From positions 96,001 to 160,000 of the forward strand of contig CAWIEK010000009.1 of assembly GCA_963835065.1 (NCBI GenBank): a DNA stretch of 64,000 bases, in the 5' to 3' direction. Made by a program: the position numbers and the translations under genes. Below the pieces are notes generated by a model. It was not told the DNA's origin and searched no databases. It was given only the letters and a program-made list of their open reading frames with translations. Within the stretch, counting starts at the first letter, position 1, and the number at the start of each line of letters is the position of its first letter. Shown in pieces: positions 39,686-49,653 of the stretch. Origin of the DNA: an uncultured Chthonomonadaceae bacterium. GTDB taxonomy: Bacteria > Armatimonadota > Chthonomonadetes > Chthonomonadales > Chthonomonadaceae.

Positions 39686-40515
39686 TCAGGCGTCCCGCTC
39701 TTCGTCGTCCCGGTGAATTGTCTTGAAATCCAGTTTCAAGTCCGGTTGATAATCCGGCAAAACGATGGCGTCAAAAGCCTTGCGAACGGCATCTTCCGGC
39801 TCAATTGCCGGCTCGCCATGCTGAGCGTCAGCCTCGTCAATCGCCTGCTCCGCAGCCCGGTCCATAATCGCGCGCAGAGTATCGGTATGTTTCCAGATGC
39901 GGTTGCCTTTGTGCCGCGCCCGCCGCAGGGCATCCATACTGCGCGCAATCAGCAGTTTCGAAGCGGGCACGTCCAGTGACATGGCCGCCACGCCTACGCT
40001 CAGGGTGAGCCAGGGCCGCTCCGCTTCGCCGCTATGGGCGGTCATGGCCGCGCGCAATCGCTCCGCAAGAGCCGTCGCCTGATGCTCCGGCAGCAAAGGG
40101 CATATCACCAGGAACGTAAACGCATCCGGCGATATTTCCGGGTTCGCGTGTCCCACAACATCATGGGTGCGCGTTTCCTGCCGCAGGCAGCGGGCCACGC
40201 CGCGCCCGATAAGAGCCGCGCCTTCTGCGCGCAAAAAGCGCAGCACGGGCGAGTCGTCTACGGCGATGCTGAGTACGGAAAGCGGCAGGTTGTGCCGGGC
40301 CACCATTTCAATCATGGTATCCAAATAGACGCAAACCGCGTCATGCGTGGCGACGCCGGTTTCGCCGTCAATGGGCAGCAGATAGTCAAGTCGGCGCGAA
40401 TACGTATCTTCCAGGCTGTCTGCCGCAATGTTTTCCCAGCTGCCGCCCGCCGGGGTCAAAGGCGGCGACGGGAAAACGGCGTCCGTTGGTTATCGAAATC
40501 ATTGGCGTGTCCATG
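39686..40515 (-). CDS. Degenerate GGDEF-like protein (start uncertain, possible 5' frameshift)
   Basis: DGETGV, PLSVLSIAVD, RTHDVVG, AERLR, LTLSVGVA; GG(D/E)EF motif absent. Confidence 0.7.
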
Positions 40516-40709
40516 CGGGTCTTCTTCCCATTCCATGCGCGTGTTGTCTCCTGCCGTGCGATGTTGCCGAAAGCGGCTCTCGGCGGTGCTTACTGGTAGA
40601 GAATTATCGGCAGAAGGAGGTTGAGAGTTGAGGGGTTAAAGAAATGATGAGTGATGAGTGATGAGTGGAACATCCTCTATTTGCATTTTTATTCATCACT
40701 CCTCATTCA

Positions 40710-42017
40710 TCACTCATCACTTTCCAAAGCGGGCATCGGCAAGCGGCGGCGGCGTTCGGGGGGGAGGAGGCGTTCCATCGTGTCGTCTACGGTAATGATT
40801 CCGAGCAGGCGCTCGTCTTCGCTGACGACGGGAACGGCGAGGAGGTTGTAGCGCCCGATGATCTGGGCCACTTGATCGGCGTGGTCGTCTACGTACACAT
40901 GAATGACGTTGTGTACCATGATGTCGCGGATGTAGGTTGCGGGGGCGGCAATCACCAGGTCGCGCAGAGAAAGCACGCCCACAAGCCGGTCTTCCTCGTC
41001 CGTGACATATATGTAATAGATGGTTTCGGCTTTGGGGGCGAGTTCGCGCAGGCGGGCAATCGTCTGTTCGCAGGTCAGGTTGGCGTGGAGCGCGACGAGT
41101 TCGGTTGTCATCAGGCCGCCCGCCGTATCCCCGCCATACGTCATCAGTTCCTTGACATCGCGGGCTTCGTCGGGTTCCATCTGACCGAGCAGGCTGTTGG
41201 AGCGGGCGTTGGGCAGGTCTTCGAGCAGGTCGGCGGCCTCATCGGGTTCCATGGCTTCCAGAATATCGGTTGCCGTTTCGTCGGGCAGGTGATTCATAAT
41301 CTGCACCTGCGTTTCCGACTCCACTTCGGCAATGGTTTCCGCCGCCACATCCGTATCCAGCGCGGAAATCACTTCCCGCGCATCGTGGGGGCTGAGTTGT
41401 TCCACAATGTCGGCAATGTCGGCGGGGTGCAGGCGGGCGATCTTGTCATGCGACACTTTCAGCCGTATGCGCCCGCCGACTGTGCCGGGTTCCAGCGTGT
41501 TCACATCGTCCCACGCGATCAGATTGGAGCGCAGCGGATGGCGGAACAAGCGGGCAAGGGCTTCTATCGGCTTGTGAAACGGATCGAAGCGGCGCAGCAG
41601 GGCGCGGAGGCTGGCATCCACGCCCACCACGCAGTACCCGCCGCCCACTTCGGCAAGCCGCACGTCATTGACGCGCACGACGCGGTAATCCTGCACGTCC
41701 ACGATCTGCTTGTCCAGAATGTCGCGGCGCAGGCGCAGGGCGTCTTCATGCGGAACGCACGGCAGCAGTTCGGCAAGGGGCGCGCGCAGCCGAATATCGC
41801 CCCGAATGTGGCCGCTGCCTTCCGGCCCGCGCGGGTCGGCGTCAAATTCCAGGGCGTCATACGGCAAACATATTTCACCCGTTGCCGCGCGTACCAGAAT
41901 CGCGCGCACGGCAGGCAGCCTCCCCTCCATATCAGCAATCGTATCTATGACTTTGCCGATAGGAACGCCATCGGGAGCCAAAACGCGCTTATCCAGAATC
42001 TGCGTGAGATATTTCAT
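40710..42017 (-). CDS. MgtE intracellular-domain / CBS protein (PRC barrels + MgtE_N + CBS, no TM region)
   Basis: ILDKQIVD..RVVRVND, LHPADIADI, TAGGLMT, LLAVPVV..LLGIITVDD. Confidence 0.88.
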   Translation of the reverse strand: MKYLTQILDKRVLAPDGVPIGKVIDTIADMEGRLPAVRAILVRAATGEICLPYDALEFDADPRGPEGSGHIRGDIRLRAPLAELLPCVPHEDALRLRRDILDKQIVDVQDYRVVRVNDVRLAEVGGGYCVVGVDASLRALLRRFDPFHKPIEALARLFRHPLRSNLIAWDDVNTLEPGTVGGRIRLKVSHDKIARLHPADIADIVEQLSPHDAREVISALDTDVAAETIAEVESETQVQIMNHLPDETATDILEAMEPDEAADLLEDLPNARSNSLLGQMEPDEARDVKELMTYGGDTAGGLMTTELVALHANLTCEQTIARLRELAPKAETIYYIYVTDEEDRLVGVLSLRDLVIAAPATYIRDIMVHNVIHVYVDDHADQVAQIIGRYNLLAVPVVSEDERLLGIITVDDTMERLLPPERRRRLPMPALESDE

Positions 42018-42023
42018 AGCGCC

Positions 42024-42052
42024 ATTATACAGCCTGGCGAAAATGTCGTCAA
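42024..42052 (-). promoter_or_regulatory. Sigma70 promoter positioned for a leaderless mRNA
   Basis: TTGACG-N17-TATAAT-N6-ATG. Confidence 0.7.
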
Positions 42053-42180
42053 TGCAATCTGCTCACAATCTTTTTCTGCGCCTGCTGAAATCTCTGAGCG
42101 TTGACGACGCGGCAGCAAGGCAATAAGTTCGCGCAGCTACAAGTTTTTTATAAAATTTCTCAAAAAGACATTCTTTGCCG

Positions 42181-42209
42181 TTGACAAACCCTATCCCTGA
42201 CAAGTATAC
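42181..42209 (+). promoter_or_regulatory. Sigma70 promoter for the prepilin-like gene
   Basis: TTGACA-N17-GTATAC/TATACT. Confidence 0.6.
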
Positions 42210-42418
42210 TGGCATTGTATCCCGTAGTTTCCATAGTTTCTCCCTGTCTTCCAGCATTGTTGTTGGTACAGGGTAGTCAACGACGCCTTGTGCAGCCATA
42301 TGAGCAAATAAGCTTGTTTCCTCAAATGAAGAGGGAACAAACTTATTCTCTGGCCGCGCTATGGCGTTTTTTGCGTTTGGCCGTTCCCGGCTTCATTTTC
42401 TTTTTTGGAGGTTCCCCC

Positions 42419-43195
42419 ATGGTTCACGTTCGCAAAGGTTTCACGCTGATCGAGTTGTTAGTGGTTATTGCCATCATCGCTATTCTCGCGGCGATTCTGT
42501 TCCCCGTCTTTGCCCAGGCGCGCGAAAAAGCGCGCACCGCGTCGTGCCTGTCCAACTTCAAGCAGTTGGGCATTGCCTTCACGATGTACCTGCAGGACAA
42601 TGACGAGGTGGTGCTGCCCCGTTACCAGGCCTGCCCCAGCACCGGGCCTGCCGCCACCCCGGACGATCCTCTGCTCTGGACAGCCACCATTCAGCCCTAC
42701 GTCAAGAACAAGCAGATTATGATCTGTCCTTCTTCCACGCAGTCCAAGTACGGCGACACCTGGAATACGCGCAGCGCGGTTTCTTCCGGCTACAACCAGA
42801 CCATCAGCGGCTGGTACTACGCCACCGACGCCTGTGGACAGTGGATTTTGCCCTCGCTGCCCGGCATTCAGTACCCCGCCAAGAACGTGATGTTCGCCGA
42901 CTCGGTTCCCGGCGCGCTTGCCGATGGCTATCGCGGCTACCTGTTCGGCAATACCGCTCTCAACGTTCCCTACACCACCGCCAGCGCGGGCAGTCTCGGC
43001 GCGCGCCACACGGAGGGGACCAACCTGACCTTCTTCGACGGCCATGCCAAATGGTACAAAGGAACGGCGGTGCTGTGGCATCCTGACGCGGTCATCAACT
43101 GCAAGGACTACAGCCTGTTTCTCAACCCCTGGATGGACGTCAACGACGCCCATATCAAGTTCAACATTTCCGATACCTGCATCCCCGATCCGTAA
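42419..43195 (+). CDS. Prepilin-type N-terminal cleavage / DUF1559 (H-X9-DG) protein
   Basis: [22 protein letters not shown]...; [16 protein letters not shown]. Confidence 0.93.
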   Translation: MVHVRKGFTLIELLVVIAIIAILAAILFPVFAQAREKARTASCLSNFKQLGIAFTMYLQDNDEVVLPRYQACPSTGPAATPDDPLLWTATIQPYVKNKQIMICPSSTQSKYGDTWNTRSAVSSGYNQTISGWYYATDACGQWILPSLPGIQYPAKNVMFADSVPGALADGYRGYLFGNTALNVPYTTASAGSLGARHTEGTNLTFFDGHAKWYKGTAVLWHPDAVINCKDYSLFLNPWMDVNDAHIKFNISDTCIPDP

Positions 43196-43276
43196 TCCGT
43201 CAGGCGTCCCAACTTCCATTTCTGAACTTTCCTTTTCTGAACGGAAGGCTCTTCTCGAACGAAAGGCTTTTGACGC

Positions 43277-43495
43277 ATGAACCAGAAAGTGAATCCGGCT
43301 GTCGCCGCCGCGCTTGCCGCCGTCGTCGCGCTCTGTCTCCTCTTCATCGGGATGAAAGTCTTTCGCGGTGGCGGAGGGGGAGATACCGGCAGCGAGGGCA
43401 AAGCGGTGATAGTCAGGCCCAGCAACCCCAACGATCCGAAGTTTACCGAACATCTCCCTGCCGGCATTGCCGGCGGAGGCATGAACGGCAAATAG
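43277..43495 (+). CDS. Small single-TM partner protein
   Basis: MNQKVNPAVAAALAAVVALCLLFIG; followed by a terminator. Confidence 0.75.
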   Translation: MNQKVNPAVAAALAAVVALCLLFIGMKVFRGGGGGDTGSEGKAVIVRPSNPNDPKFTEHLPAGIAGGGMNGK

Positions 43496-43540
43496 TAGTT
43501 TTCTCGCGTTTACCTCACCGGGCGTCCACTTGTGGACATA

Positions 43541-43587
43541 CCCCTCTCCTGGCCGCTCGTTCCTCGCCAGGAGAGGGGCTATTTGTT
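43541..43587 (+). terminator. Intrinsic terminator
   Basis: CCCCTCTCCTGGC...GCCAGGAGAGGGG then CTATTT. Confidence 0.7.
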
Positions 43588-43806
43588 GCTATTTCTACAA
43601 CCACACAGGAAGACAATGGACAAAAAAACCGGATGCTTTGTGGGCATCCGGTTCAAGACGCAACGATTTACAATCGCGTCCGGCAAAAGAAGGGTGATCG
43701 TCGCTCGGAGAGTGAGCGTGATGATATTCTGCATCATAGATGTTAAGCGAGTATTAAGCCTGCATGAATTTTCCGTTAAGGTTTAGGCGGTTACTACACA
43801 CGGACA

Positions 43807-45063
43807 TCAGAACAGGCACGTATCCAGAAACGCATTGCGGAATTTGCCCTGCGGATCAAGGGCGCGAAGCATTTGCTTGAAATCCGGCAGGCGGGGGTAC
43901 AGAGGTTGGAGTTGCGCGGCCTGCATGGTAAACAGCTTGCCCCAATGCGGGCGGGCGTGAAACGGCGCAAGTTCGGCTTCGATCCGGGGCAGTAATTTTT
44001 CTACGGCAGGCCAATCCGGTTGCCAGGTGAAGTGGATGGCAACGCAGTCCTGTTTATAGCAGGGACTCATCCACAAGTCGTCTGCGGCAATCGTCCGAAC
44101 TTCGGAGATCAATAGATGCGGGGCAATGTGTTCCCGCAATTCGTAAACGGCGCTCAGGGCGGCAAGCGCGTTCTGACGCGGCACAAAATACTCCGTTTGC
44201 AGTTCCTCGCCGCTGCTTGGCGTGTACTCCATGCGGAAATGCGGCAGGCGCTCGTGCCATGCGCCGGGTATGCCCATTTGCGCGGTGCAGTTTTCCGCCG
44301 AAATGCCGGCAATCGGATGCAGGTCGCGCGTGGCAGGCGTCGCTCCGAACCAATCCGGTTCCGGCGTAAACGTATCCTCATCCCCAACCCGCCGCTTCAG
44401 CCACACTTGATTAAACTTCGCTTCCTGCCAATCGGTGAACAGGCTCACACTGTAAGCCGCCCCTAATATCTCCTCGAAATGGTTTTCCAATTGGCTCAGG
44501 GGCAGGTTCTCGTACACGTTCTGCCGCATGGTAAACGCGGGCACAAGATTCAGCGTCAACTGCGTGACCACGCCAAGCGCCCCAAGTCCGACAACCGCGC
44601 CCGCAAACGCTTCGCTGTCGGCTTCGCGGGAGAAATTCTTTATGTTGCCATCTGCCGTGACCATTTCCAGCGCGGATACAATCGAAGCAAGGTTCGCATT
44701 GCCGACCCCGGAGCCGTGCGTGGCCGTCGCGCATGCCCCCGCAACGGAAATATGCGGCAGGGACGCCAGATTGTGCAGCGCGTAGCCTTCCTCGTGCAGA
44801 AACCTGCATAACGTGCCGTACCGAATACCCGCCCCAACCATGACCGTATGCCGCTCCCGATCCAACCCCAATATCTGATCGAAATTCGCCAGCGAAAGCA
44901 TGTCTTCGCTCGTGTCCGCGATTCGGTTGAAGGAATGGCGTGTTCCCAACACTTTCACCTTGCGGCAGCGAGTGACCAACTCCTGCACTTGCGCCGTCGT
45001 TTCGGGGCAGTGCCACCGTGCCGCCCGATACGCTATATTGCCCGCCCAATTGCGTTCATCCAT
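43807..45063 (-). CDS. FAD-linked alditol/xylitol oxidase (ALO family)
   Basis: NWAGN, GTRHSFN, LASLPHISVAGACATATHGSG, ARPHWGK, DPQGKFRN. Confidence 0.9.
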   Translation of the reverse strand: MDERNWAGNIAYRAARWHCPETTAQVQELVTRCRKVKVLGTRHSFNRIADTSEDMLSLANFDQILGLDRERHTVMVGAGIRYGTLCRFLHEEGYALHNLASLPHISVAGACATATHGSGVGNANLASIVSALEMVTADGNIKNFSREADSEAFAGAVVGLGALGVVTQLTLNLVPAFTMRQNVYENLPLSQLENHFEEILGAAYSVSLFTDWQEAKFNQVWLKRRVGDEDTFTPEPDWFGATPATRDLHPIAGISAENCTAQMGIPGAWHERLPHFRMEYTPSSGEELQTEYFVPRQNALAALSAVYELREHIAPHLLISEVRTIAADDLWMSPCYKQDCVAIHFTWQPDWPAVEKLLPRIEAELAPFHARPHWGKLFTMQAAQLQPLYPRLPDFKQMLRALDPQGKFRNAFLDTCLF

Positions 45064-45354
45064 TGTTTTTGCTCACATCTCCGCCTGAAAAAGTCTCGAC
45101 CGACTTCCGTAATTGTCCAAACGCAAATACCAAATACCAAATACCGAACACCGTGAAATTCGCTCCCGGTTTCAGTTATTGTACCCGTTCTGATTTTTGC
45201 CTGCTGAGTTTAGAGTTCGGGGAATTTTTCAGATTGTGTCACGAACCGTTACCGCCATCGTTCTCGTATTATAAGCCAGGCATGAAATGTGATGCCTGAA
45301 GCCGTATGTGCCTGGATGCACTTACCGATAGACCTATACCAAGAGGTAAATTCA

Positions 45355-46329
45355 ATGCAAACCAAACTGACAAATTTTCGCGCTCGTACCGGAATGATTG
45401 TTCCCCTGGCGCTTGCCTGTGTTGCCGGAGTGTCATTGTCCGCTCCATCCGCCGTTTACGCGCAGGATCGCGGGCGGGACCGAGGTGGTGATTCCCGTGA
45501 CCGAGGCAATGATTCGCGGGATAGAGGCAGCGACTCGCGTACCGGACGAGACGACTCGCGTGACCGCCGCGATACCACCCGCGAAGAGGGACGTCGGCAA
45601 CGCGACGATAGCCATGTCCGGTTCACGCACTCCGACGAGGGACGCCGTTTTGACAATGGCGTGACATTGCGACGCGGAGCGCCGGTTTCCGACCATCGTT
45701 TCGATACGTACTTCCCACGCCACACCTATTCCTATCCGCATTATGCTTTCAATCGAGACGCGGGACGCGCGGTGATTTCGCCGTTCAGCTTCTACGTCGG
45801 CATCTTCCCGCCCTTCATTGATCGCAGCGCGGTGATTATTGCCGCGCCCCGCCACGTCTTCATTGACGTGCCCATCTACGTGCATGGCGAATACCGGGCG
45901 TATGGCGACGGACGCGACGATTACTACCTGAACCACCGTGAAGACGACCGGTGGCGGGATGATCCGGACTTGAAGCGCGCGGTTTACGACATGGAAGACG
46001 CCTTCCGCAACGATGATATCGCGTTGCTGGCTCCGCTCACCGACCCGGCAGCCAACATCTCGATCTTTGCAAAGGGACGCTTCGAGTATTCGCTCAATCC
46101 CAACGACTACCTGGATATGACCCGCGACTTCCTGCGCAGCGCGCATACCACCGGGTTTACCGCGTACCGCGTCCATCCCAGAGATCGCGGCGTCTATCAG
46201 GTCTTTGCCCGCCATACCTATCAGGACCAGAATGGGCAGAGCCGCACGGTGTACCTGTGCGTCGTGATGGAGCGCATCAACGACCGCTGGACGATCACAC
46301 AGATTGACACGTCGCCCGCCCGCAGTTAA
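45355..46329 (+). CDS. Secreted hypothetical protein (RD-rich repeats, NTF2-like C-terminus)
   Basis: GAGG RBS, signal peptide (VYA-Q), DSRDRG repeats. Confidence 0.75.
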   Translation: MQTKLTNFRARTGMIVPLALACVAGVSLSAPSAVYAQDRGRDRGGDSRDRGNDSRDRGSDSRTGRDDSRDRRDTTREEGRRQRDDSHVRFTHSDEGRRFDNGVTLRRGAPVSDHRFDTYFPRHTYSYPHYAFNRDAGRAVISPFSFYVGIFPPFIDRSAVIIAAPRHVFIDVPIYVHGEYRAYGDGRDDYYLNHREDDRWRDDPDLKRAVYDMEDAFRNDDIALLAPLTDPAANISIFAKGRFEYSLNPNDYLDMTRDFLRSAHTTGFTAYRVHPRDRGVYQVFARHTYQDQNGQSRTVYLCVVMERINDRWTITQIDTSPARS

Positions 46330-46359
46330 GTGCTTCGATTCCATGGCCTTCAACGCTTG

Positions 46360-46397
46360 GCCCCTTCTTCCAAAATTGGAAGAAGGGGCATTTATTT
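46360..46397 (+). terminator. Intrinsic terminator
   Basis: GCCCCTTCTTCCAA-AA-TTGGAAGAAGGGGC then ATTTATTT. Confidence 0.75.
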
Positions 46398-46467
46398 GTA
46401 TAGGCTCTTCGCCACAGCAGAGAAAACTCACGCAGGGAAACGTTGCGGTTGCGTCCAATAAGAAAGA

Positions 46468-47659
46468 ATGAAAATCACCGATGTTAAAGTCATTCTCACC
46501 TGTCCGGGACGCAATTATGTTTTCCTGAAAATCTTCACGGACGTGCCGGGACTGTACGGCGTGGGCGAGGGTACGCTGAACGGCAGCGAACCCGTTGTGG
46601 CCGAAGCCCTGCGCCATATCGCGCCCCTGCTTATCGGACGCGACCCGCAGCGCATCGAAGATTTATGGCATCTCGTGTATCGGCACAGTTATTGGCGCGG
46701 CGGGCCGGTCTTCATGGCGGCATTGGCGGCGATTGATTTCGCGCTGTGGGACATCAAGGGCAAGCAGGCCAACCTGCCCGTGTACCAACTGCTCGGCGGC
46801 AAGGCGCGCGACGGCGTGATGTGCTACACCCATGCGTTCGGGCGCGATGCGCTGGAAACCGAAGACCACGCGCGGCAAATTATGGCGCAGGGTTTCAAGG
46901 TCGTGCGCTGTCAGGTGGGCGTGTATGGCGGGGCGGGCGTGTTGGGCCAAAACCCGCCCGTAATGCCCGGTACGCCGCCCGAACAGATTTACGAGCCTAC
47001 CCCCTATCTGCTTTCCGTTCCCAAACTGTTCGCGCACCTGCGCGACAAATTGGGCATGGAAATCGAACTGTTCCACGACGTTCACGAGCAATTGCAGTCC
47101 CATTGAAGCGGCGCGGCTGGCGAAGGAACTGGAACCGTACCGCCTGTTCTTCCTCGAAGACCCCTTGATGCCGGAACACCGCGAGTCATGGCCGCTCCTT
47201 CGCGCCGCTTCCACGACCCCGCTTGCCATCGGCGAGATTTTCACGTCGCGCTGGGACTGCCTGCCCCTGTTCGCCAACCGCTGGATAGATTTCATCCGCA
47301 TCAAGCCCCTGCATGTCGGCGGCCTGACCGAAGCCCGCAAAATCATGATCATGGCCGAACCATACAACGTGCGCAGCGCGTTTCACGGGGCCGCTGACAT
47401 CGGGCCAATCGCGCAATCGGCAAGCGTCTCGCTGCAAGCGGTCATTCCCAACTTCGGCGTACAGGAATGGACGAGGTACAAAGACCCGGTTTACGAAGTG
47501 GTTTCCGGCGTACCCGCAATGCGCGACGGCTATTTGTACCCCAATGAGCGCCCCGGCCTCGGCATGGACATAGATGAGGAAAAGGCCGCGCAGTTCCCCT
47601 ACCAACGCGCTTATATGCCGCTCGTCCGCCGACAGGACGGCTCCATGCACGTTTACTGA
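46468..47659 (+). CDS. Enolase-superfamily dehydratase (RspA/mannonate dehydratase-like); frameshift near 47098
   Basis: CPGRNYV, YWRGGP, ALWDIKGK, HDVHE / FFLED, PLAIGE, NFGVQE. Confidence 0.88.
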
Positions 47660-47677
47660 GTAAATCTATAACTTCCC

Positions 47678-47757
47678 GGCGGGCACATACGAGGCGGGCG
47701 GGCACATAAGGGCGGCGGGCACAGGAGGCGGGCGGGCACAACATGTTGTGCCCCTAC
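47678..47757. repeat. REP-like tandem GGCGGGCACA units ending GGGCACAACATGTTGTGCCCCTAC
   Basis: Four GCGGGCACA copies and a terminal palindrome with CTAC. Confidence 0.7.
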
Positions 47758-47806
47758 AATCGGGAACTTGTTGTTTTACAGACCCTAAGCAAAAGGATAC
47801 AGAGTT

Positions 47807-48283
47807 ATGAAAACGCTGTTCGCTTATGTTTTGCTCGGCTGCGCCGCGACGCTTGCGACCGCAGCCGATGTGCCCACGCTCAAAGCCGACCACAAACCGG
47901 ACGCTGCCGCGCAGTTGATGAAAGTGGAGCGGGACTTGAATGAAGCCTTCAAAGCGCGGGATAAAAACGCTCTGATGGCGTTGTGTTCCGAGGACTTTGT
48001 GTTCACAGACGATGATGGCAAAATCAGCGGCAAGACGCAGTTTCTCAGGGATGCAACGAGCAACATTCAGGTGGTTTCCTATAAGTTGAGCGATCTCGTA
48101 GTTCATGTTTACGGAGATACCGGCATCATCACCGGAAAGTGGAGCGGGACGATCAAAACCGAAGACGCTGAATCCAAAACAGCCCTGCGCTTCACGGATA
48201 CATTCGTTCGCCGTGACGAGCGCTGGTGGGAGGTTGCGTCCCAACTCACGCGCCTCGCCCAAAATGATGCCCAAAATGAATAG
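47807..48283 (+). CDS. Secreted DUF4440/NTF2-like protein
   Basis: Signal peptide; EDFVFTDDDG, VHVYGDTGIITG, RFTDTFVRR. Confidence 0.85.
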   Translation: MKTLFAYVLLGCAATLATAADVPTLKADHKPDAAAQLMKVERDLNEAFKARDKNALMALCSEDFVFTDDDGKISGKTQFLRDATSNIQVVSYKLSDLVVHVYGDTGIITGKWSGTIKTEDAESKTALRFTDTFVRRDERWWEVASQLTRLAQNDAQNE

Positions 48284-49502
48284 ACTGCGAGGCAGCGCAA
48301 TGGTACGCCGCGTTTGTACAATCTTCTGTCTGTCAGCGCTGTGGGTGGCGGCGGGAGCGGTTCCGAAGCCCGGAACGGACGCGCCCGTCCGCTTCCGGGA
48401 ACATCTGATTGCCACACTGCCCGGCGTGTACCAGTGCGCCGTTGCCGACATCAATGGTGACGGCAAGCCCGACATTCTGGGATTGTCAAGCGGCAAAAAC
48501 GAGATCGCGTGGTACGAAAACCCGACCTGGCAGAAGCATGTTATCACAACGGCCACGCGCAGTAACATTGACCTCGCCGCGTATGACCTGGACGGCGACG
48601 GCAAACCGGAACTCGCGGTTGCCAGCGCGTTCGACCTCAACAACACGCGGCAGGGCGGCAGGCTGCAATGGTTTGCGCGGGGCGCGGACGCGGGCGCGGA
48701 GTGGACGGGGCACGATTTTGCTAATTTGCCCACCGCGCACCGCCTGCGCTGGGCCGATTGGGACGGCAACGGCAAAAAAGAACTGGTAGTCGTGCCGATA
48801 CTGGGCGAAGGCGCAATGTCGCCCGATTACGCCGCGCCCGTTTCCATCGTCACTTATGGCTTCGACAAAGGCAAAGTCCAATCCCATGTTGTAGACCATT
48901 CCCTCACGGTCGCGCACGGGATGCGGATTCTGGATTTCGATGGCGATGGGCGCGACGATTTGCTTGTCGCAAGTTACGAGGGCGTGACGTGGTTCAAGCC
49001 GGAGGGCAAAGGCGCGGCGCGGACGTGGCGTAAAACCCTGCTGGCAAGCGGGGAACAAAACCTGCCGCCCAAGCGTGGCAGCAGCGAAGTAGATCGGGGC
49101 TGGCTCAAAGGCAAACGCCCTTTTCTGGCGACAATTGAACCCTGGCACGGCAACGAAGTCGTTGTTTACCTGCCGCCCCCGGACGGCAAAGGCTTATGGC
49201 AGCGTCACGTTCTGGACACCACGCTCGAAGACGGACACGCCCTCGCCTGCGTTGACCTGGACGGTGACGGGCAAAGCGAAATCATCGCCGGGTATCGAGG
49301 CGGAACGCGCAATCTCTACGGCTATCGCGCTACGGATGCGACCGGCACAAAATGGCAACGCTTCACCATTGACGCGGGCAACATGGGCGGGTCAGGAATG
49401 GTCATTGCCGACATCAACGGCGACAGCAAACCCGACATCATTTGCTGCGGCAGCAATGTAATCAAATGGTACGAAAACTTGGGCGCAAAACCAGCGCCAT
49501 AG
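48276..49502 (+). CDS. FG-GAP/VCBS repeat beta-propeller protein
   Basis: Repeated DxDGDGxxD motifs; TIEPWHGNEVVVY. Confidence 0.88.
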   Translation: MNRLRGSAMVRRVCTIFCLSALWVAAGAVPKPGTDAPVRFREHLIATLPGVYQCAVADINGDGKPDILGLSSGKNEIAWYENPTWQKHVITTATRSNIDLAAYDLDGDGKPELAVASAFDLNNTRQGGRLQWFARGADAGAEWTGHDFANLPTAHRLRWADWDGNGKKELVVVPILGEGAMSPDYAAPVSIVTYGFDKGKVQSHVVDHSLTVAHGMRILDFDGDGRDDLLVASYEGVTWFKPEGKGAARTWRKTLLASGEQNLPPKRGSSEVDRGWLKGKRPFLATIEPWHGNEVVVYLPPPDGKGLWQRHVLDTTLEDGHALACVDLDGDGQSEIIAGYRGGTRNLYGYRATDATGTKWQRFTIDAGNMGGSGMVIADINGDSKPDIICCGSNVIKWYENLGAKPAP

Positions 49503-49527
49503 CCTATACCACTTCCAGAAGAGATTT

Positions 49528-49643
49528 CAGCCGCAAATACACGCAAATGCAAATTCAGAATAGACAGGATTAACAGGATTTTTAGGATTAAACAGGATTA
49601 ATGGAGTAGAAGGAATTGGTTCATTTGCGTGTATTTGCGGCTA
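49528..49643. repeat. Palindromic element AGCCGCAAATACACGCAAAT ... ATTTGCGTGTATTTGCGGCT enclosing CAGGATTAA repeats
   Basis: 20-nt perfect inverted ends between convergent genes. Confidence 0.8.
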
Positions 49644-49653
49644 AAATTCCTCC

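Noticed and set aside
42200..42418. Riboswitch in the long leader of the prepilin-like gene
   Set aside because: No recognisable aptamer consensus; it cannot be supported without a covariance-model search.
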